This document shows, piece by piece, positions 7,993 through 11,030 of a stretch of 11,030 bases of DNA. The notes below the pieces were generated by a model. It searched no databases. It was not told where the DNA came from and worked only from the letters and a program-made list of their open reading frames with translations. Source of the stretch: Octopus sinensis (lineage: Eukaryota); NCBI RefSeq assembly GCF_006345805.1, contig NW_021827181.1, positions 1 to 11,030 on the forward strand, in the 5' to 3' direction. Each line of letters starts with the position of its first letter. Positions within the stretch are counted from its first letter, which is position 1. Both the position numbers and the translations under genes were made by a program.

Positions 7993-8054
7993 GTATCCTG
8001 CACTTGTTAGAGATAATATCTAAATTTTGAGGGATCCTCTATGTATTTAGCTTA

Positions 8055-8388
8055 TCTGAGACCCCCTTCAGTCATGAATAACCATGGGATTGCACCTAGA
8101 AAGTTACTCTCCCATGCACAAGACTGGGCAAGGTTGTTTATGGAAGACCAGAAGTCGCCCATGCATACCGGCCTCCACTTCTCCATGCAACCAGTGTTAT
8201 TCAAGGGAAAGACAAAGGCTGATACAGCTTTGTACCAGTGATGTCGCAATCATTTCTACAGCTGAATGAACTAGAGCAACGTGAAATAAAGTGTCTTGCT
8301 CAAGAGCACAACACACAGCCCAGTCTGGGATTCGAGCTCAGAACCTCATGATTGTAGGCTCAACACACTAACCACTGAGCTATGTGCC
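8055..8388 (-). mobile_element. tRNA-derived SINE, minus strand
   Basis: The reverse complement starts ggcacatagctcagtggttag (A-box-like, 8382-8372) and GAGCTCGAATCC (B-box-like, 8339-8328), then cccagactgggc as in the 5163 SINE head, then ctcttgagcaagacacttt. The 3' boundary is approximate. Confidence 0.78.
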
Positions 8389-8726
8389 GTATTTAGCTTA
8401 AAGTTACCCATAATTTGGGAAACTACAAGCAAGAGAATTGAAGGTATCAGTCGTATTGTCAAATGTAAAGAGTGTTCCATGTTGATCAAAAATGAAGAGA
8501 AAAAGTTGAAGAAAATGGACCACGGTGTATTGGCACAGGAGCCATGTGATACGTAAGGCATTGGAATTGTATAATTAATAGGTAATTAGTAGACTGGAAA
8601 TTGTATTGATGAATTATTATTACATGACTATGGCCAATCTGGCAAAACAGTTACTTCATCAAGATTTTGAATAAAGGAAAATTGGTAACATACCTTTATA
8701 CCCCCCACCCACCACACACACATATA

Positions 8727-8769
8727 TCATCATCATCATCATTTGATGGAATGTACTGCTCTCTCACTC

Positions 8770-8827
<58 letters not shown>

Positions 8828-8913
8828 GAAAACACTCGGCGGGAAACGGAAGAAAATTTGAAGAAAGAAGGAAAAAACATAATAATATAATAATAATAAT
8901 AATAATAATAATA
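8727..8913. repeat. (CAT)n at 8727-8742, (AAT)19 at 8770-8826, (AAT)n at ~8881-8913
   Basis: Directly visible trinucleotide runs in the intron. They give the poly-N and poly-I stretches of ORF 8743-9396. Confidence 0.95.
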
Positions 8914-9082
8914 AAAGTTTCAGTTTTATTGTGTACTTTTCATTATCCACCCAAGCACAGGTTTGTGTACCTACATACATGTTGTAATGATGACCACAAC
9001 GATAATAACATCAACAACAAAACCAATAATAATATTAATACATATTTTTTTTTATTCCTCTTCTTCTTGTTCTTCTTCCAAG

Positions 9083-9253
9083 AAATGTACCGTCATGTCT
9101 GCTGGAAGTTCGATGAACTTGGCACCGTGGGTGAGACCATTCTACATATGTGTTTGCTGAACTCAACATCAACTCATGCTGACCTAGCAAAGAGGCTTAT
9201 TCGACTGTTCCCGGTGCTAATCAATGACATTTACCAAAGTGAAGAATATTATG
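9083..9253 (+). CDS. nan: Second coding exon of the Nanchung-like TRPV channel (start of the ankyrin repeat domain)
   Basis: TTC-rich pyrimidine tract then AAG| at 9080-9082. Reads (K)[56 protein letters not shown](G), matching recalled Nan YRFVCW...[40 protein letters not shown]. Donor G|GTAAAC at 9254. Length 171 nt, phase 1 at both ends, compatible with exon 1. Confidence 0.93.
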
Positions 9254-9477
9254 GTAAACTCTTCTTATTTTCTTCTTATCTTCTTTTCTTTCTATGTCCC
9301 AAAGTTTGGTATTTGGCAGATGCATGGTTCAATCCTTGTAGGAGATTCTGTCAATTTTTTTTCCATCTAAGGAGGTTTTTTTACCCATTAAACTAAGGGC
9401 TATTATTGTTGGCCTCAATTTCACATTTGAGCAGTTTCTTCAAGAGATTTATTTACAAATTTACAAATAAGTGCAGA

Positions 9478-10092
9478 TATGGATGGCTATGTAGTAAGAA
9501 ATTTGCTTTTCAACTACATGGTTCTGGGTTCAATTCTACTGCATAGCACCCTGGACAGGCATTTTCTGCTATATTCCCAGACCCACCAGAGCCTTGTGAG
9601 TGGATTTGGTAGAGAGAAATGGAAAGAAGCCCAACTTATAAATGTGTGTTTATATATATATATATAGTCTATATATATATGTGTGTGTGTGTATGTGTGT
9701 GTGTGCGCGTGTATGTATGTATAAGTGATGTGTGTGTGTGTATGTGTGTGCATATTTATAAATATATGTGTATGTGTATGTTTATGAGTGTTTGTGTGCA
9801 TATTTATATATATGTGTACGTATGTATACGTTTGTGTGTGTGTTTATATGTATATGTGTGTTTGTGTATATGTGTGAGTGTGTGTGTGTTTTACTGTCTC
9901 CTAGCCTTGATTTCATGTGATAGTTGTAAATGAATGTCCCCGTAATACAAGTGGTGTCCTTTGTTCCTAAGCTTCTGTGAAAAACATGTCTGGCCATGGG
10001 TAAATATGACCTTGCTTAGCAACAGGGGAAGGTTGGTGACAGGAAGGGCATCCAGTCATAGAAAATACACCTCAACAAATTCTGTTTGATCC
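9478..10092 (+). mobile_element. SINE with tRNA-like head (9478-9630), internal TA/TG microsatellite (~9640-9890) and probable tail (~9895-10092)
   Basis: The head aligns with the 3629 and 10678-10820 copies. Assigning the tail (acatgtctggccatggg...ggttggtgacaggaagggcatccag...catggaaaagt) to the same element is from memory of octopus repeats. Confidence 0.65.
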
Positions 10093-10324
10093 ACACAAAC
10101 ATGGAAAAGTAGACTCAGGGTTGTTTGTAGAAAATAATAAAGAGTCTCGTGAATTCCATTCTCTTTCTCTTGTATTTTTAGAAACTCTACAGACATGAAG
10201 GAATTCCTGATGTAAATCCAGTGGTGTATACCTCCATACTGCTGTTGACATCAGGTAGCTGAATACTGCAGATGGGCTTGAAATGGCAGACTACAAGCTG
10301 TACACCAGAATATAAAATTATTAC

Positions 10325-10677
10325 TTATACATGTGTGTGTGTGTATATACATACATATATATCTATTATGTCTATCTATCTATATGTGTATGTATGTATG
10401 TATGTATGTATGTATATATATATGTGTGTATGTATGTACATATGGTGTTACACACCATATTAATCATATCTGTTAGGTATGTGGAAGAGAGTGTAATTCG
10501 ACAGGAGGACTTAAATGACATGCAAAGGTACATGAAGCCCAGTTACAACTACAGCCGGCTATTACCAGTAAAGGTTTTATATATAATTATATACATATAT
10601 GTATATAAATATATACATGTATATATATACACACACACATATATATATACATGCACACATACACACACACACATACT
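10325..10677. repeat. TG/TA/TATG microsatellites (~10325-10445) and TA/CA microsatellites (~10580-10677)
   Basis: Directly visible. Confidence 0.9.
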
Positions 10678-10820
10678 AACCTTCTTCTAGTTTCCATCTG
10701 CTAAATCTACTCATAAAGCTTTGGTTGGCCTGGGGCTATAGCAAAAGACACTTGGCCAAGGTACCAAGCAGTGGAACTGAACCTGAGACCACATGGTCGG
10801 GTAAAAAAACGCTTTCACAG
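10678..10820 (-). mobile_element. tRNA-head SINE, minus strand (family of 3629 and 9478)
   Basis: Reverse complement: accatgtggtctcaggttcagttccactgcttggtaccttggccaagtgtcttttgctatagccccaggccaaccaaagctttatgagtagatttagcagatggaaactagaagaag. Confidence 0.78.
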
Positions 10821-11030
10821 ATTTATTATTACCAGCCATAGGCCCTCCGCTAGCTTCTGGAACATACCCAGCCTGTGTCTGTCTGTGTGTCTGTAAGTGG
10901 GGTGAGAGGTGGGGACTGAACCTAGTCAACTGTGACCAAAATTAGCTGCAACACCTATAAATGGCATCGTTATGTTTTTGAGTGTCAGACATGCCTTGAC
11001 TTGCTTTGAGAAACAGCTAACATCATCTGG

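Larger units (their letters stand above)
2264..9082 (+). other. GT-AG intron (6819 nt, phase 1) between TRPV coding exons 1 and 2
   Basis: GTAAGT at 2264 and AG at 9081-9082. Joining A(2263)+AA(9083-9084) gives Lys and the continuous DDPKMYRHVCW, collinear with recalled Nan SNPTAYRFVCW. Confidence 0.85.
9254..11030 (+). other. 5' part of the next TRPV intron; the following exon (expected to begin G-E-S/T-x-L-H) is not in the window
   Basis: Donor at 9254. The downstream sequence is mostly SINE and microsatellite, and I found no phase-1 exon encoding ankyrin-like sequence. Confidence 0.75.

Noticed and set aside
8743-9396. 217-aa ORF with poly-Asn and poly-Ile as one CDS
   Set aside because: Only 9083-9253 is TRPV-like and bounded by splice sites. 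The rest is intronic AAT repeat and pyrimidine tract.
10478-10528. Possible exon YVEESVIRQEDLNDMQR between AG and GT
   Set aside because: The open frame is not phase 1 (phase 1 hits TAA quickly), and it does not resemble the expected GESxLH ankyrin continuation.

Overview
AT-rich eukaryotic genomic DNA, very dense in microsatellites and SINE/DNA-transposon relics. The repeat families look like those I recall from octopus genomes, so the taxon is an inference. The only protein gene I can support is the 5' end of a Nanchung/OCR-type TRPV channel on the + strand. Coding exon 1 is 1927-2263 and coding exon 2 is 9083-9253, joined by a phase-1 GT-AG intron of 6819 nt. The splice restores ...ADDP-K-MYRHVCW...GETILH...EEYYG; the gene continues beyond the window. 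The intron holds two mariner relics, a Tc1-like MITE with perfect 26-bp TIRs, a ~525-bp fold-back element and at least 7 tRNA-type SINE copies, one with a clean 12-bp target-site duplication. Nearly all other ORFs in the track are microsatellite artefacts. The best leads are a candidate spliced antisense micro-transcript overlapping the TRPV start, a MGxxxS myristoylation-type N-terminus, an Arg>Leu change in the RGxxGET motif, a perfect 65-nt inverted duplicate, a nested TE stack and dsRNA-forming repeats. I do not see a clearly new multi-gene system; the antisense and poison-exon ideas are hypotheses only.
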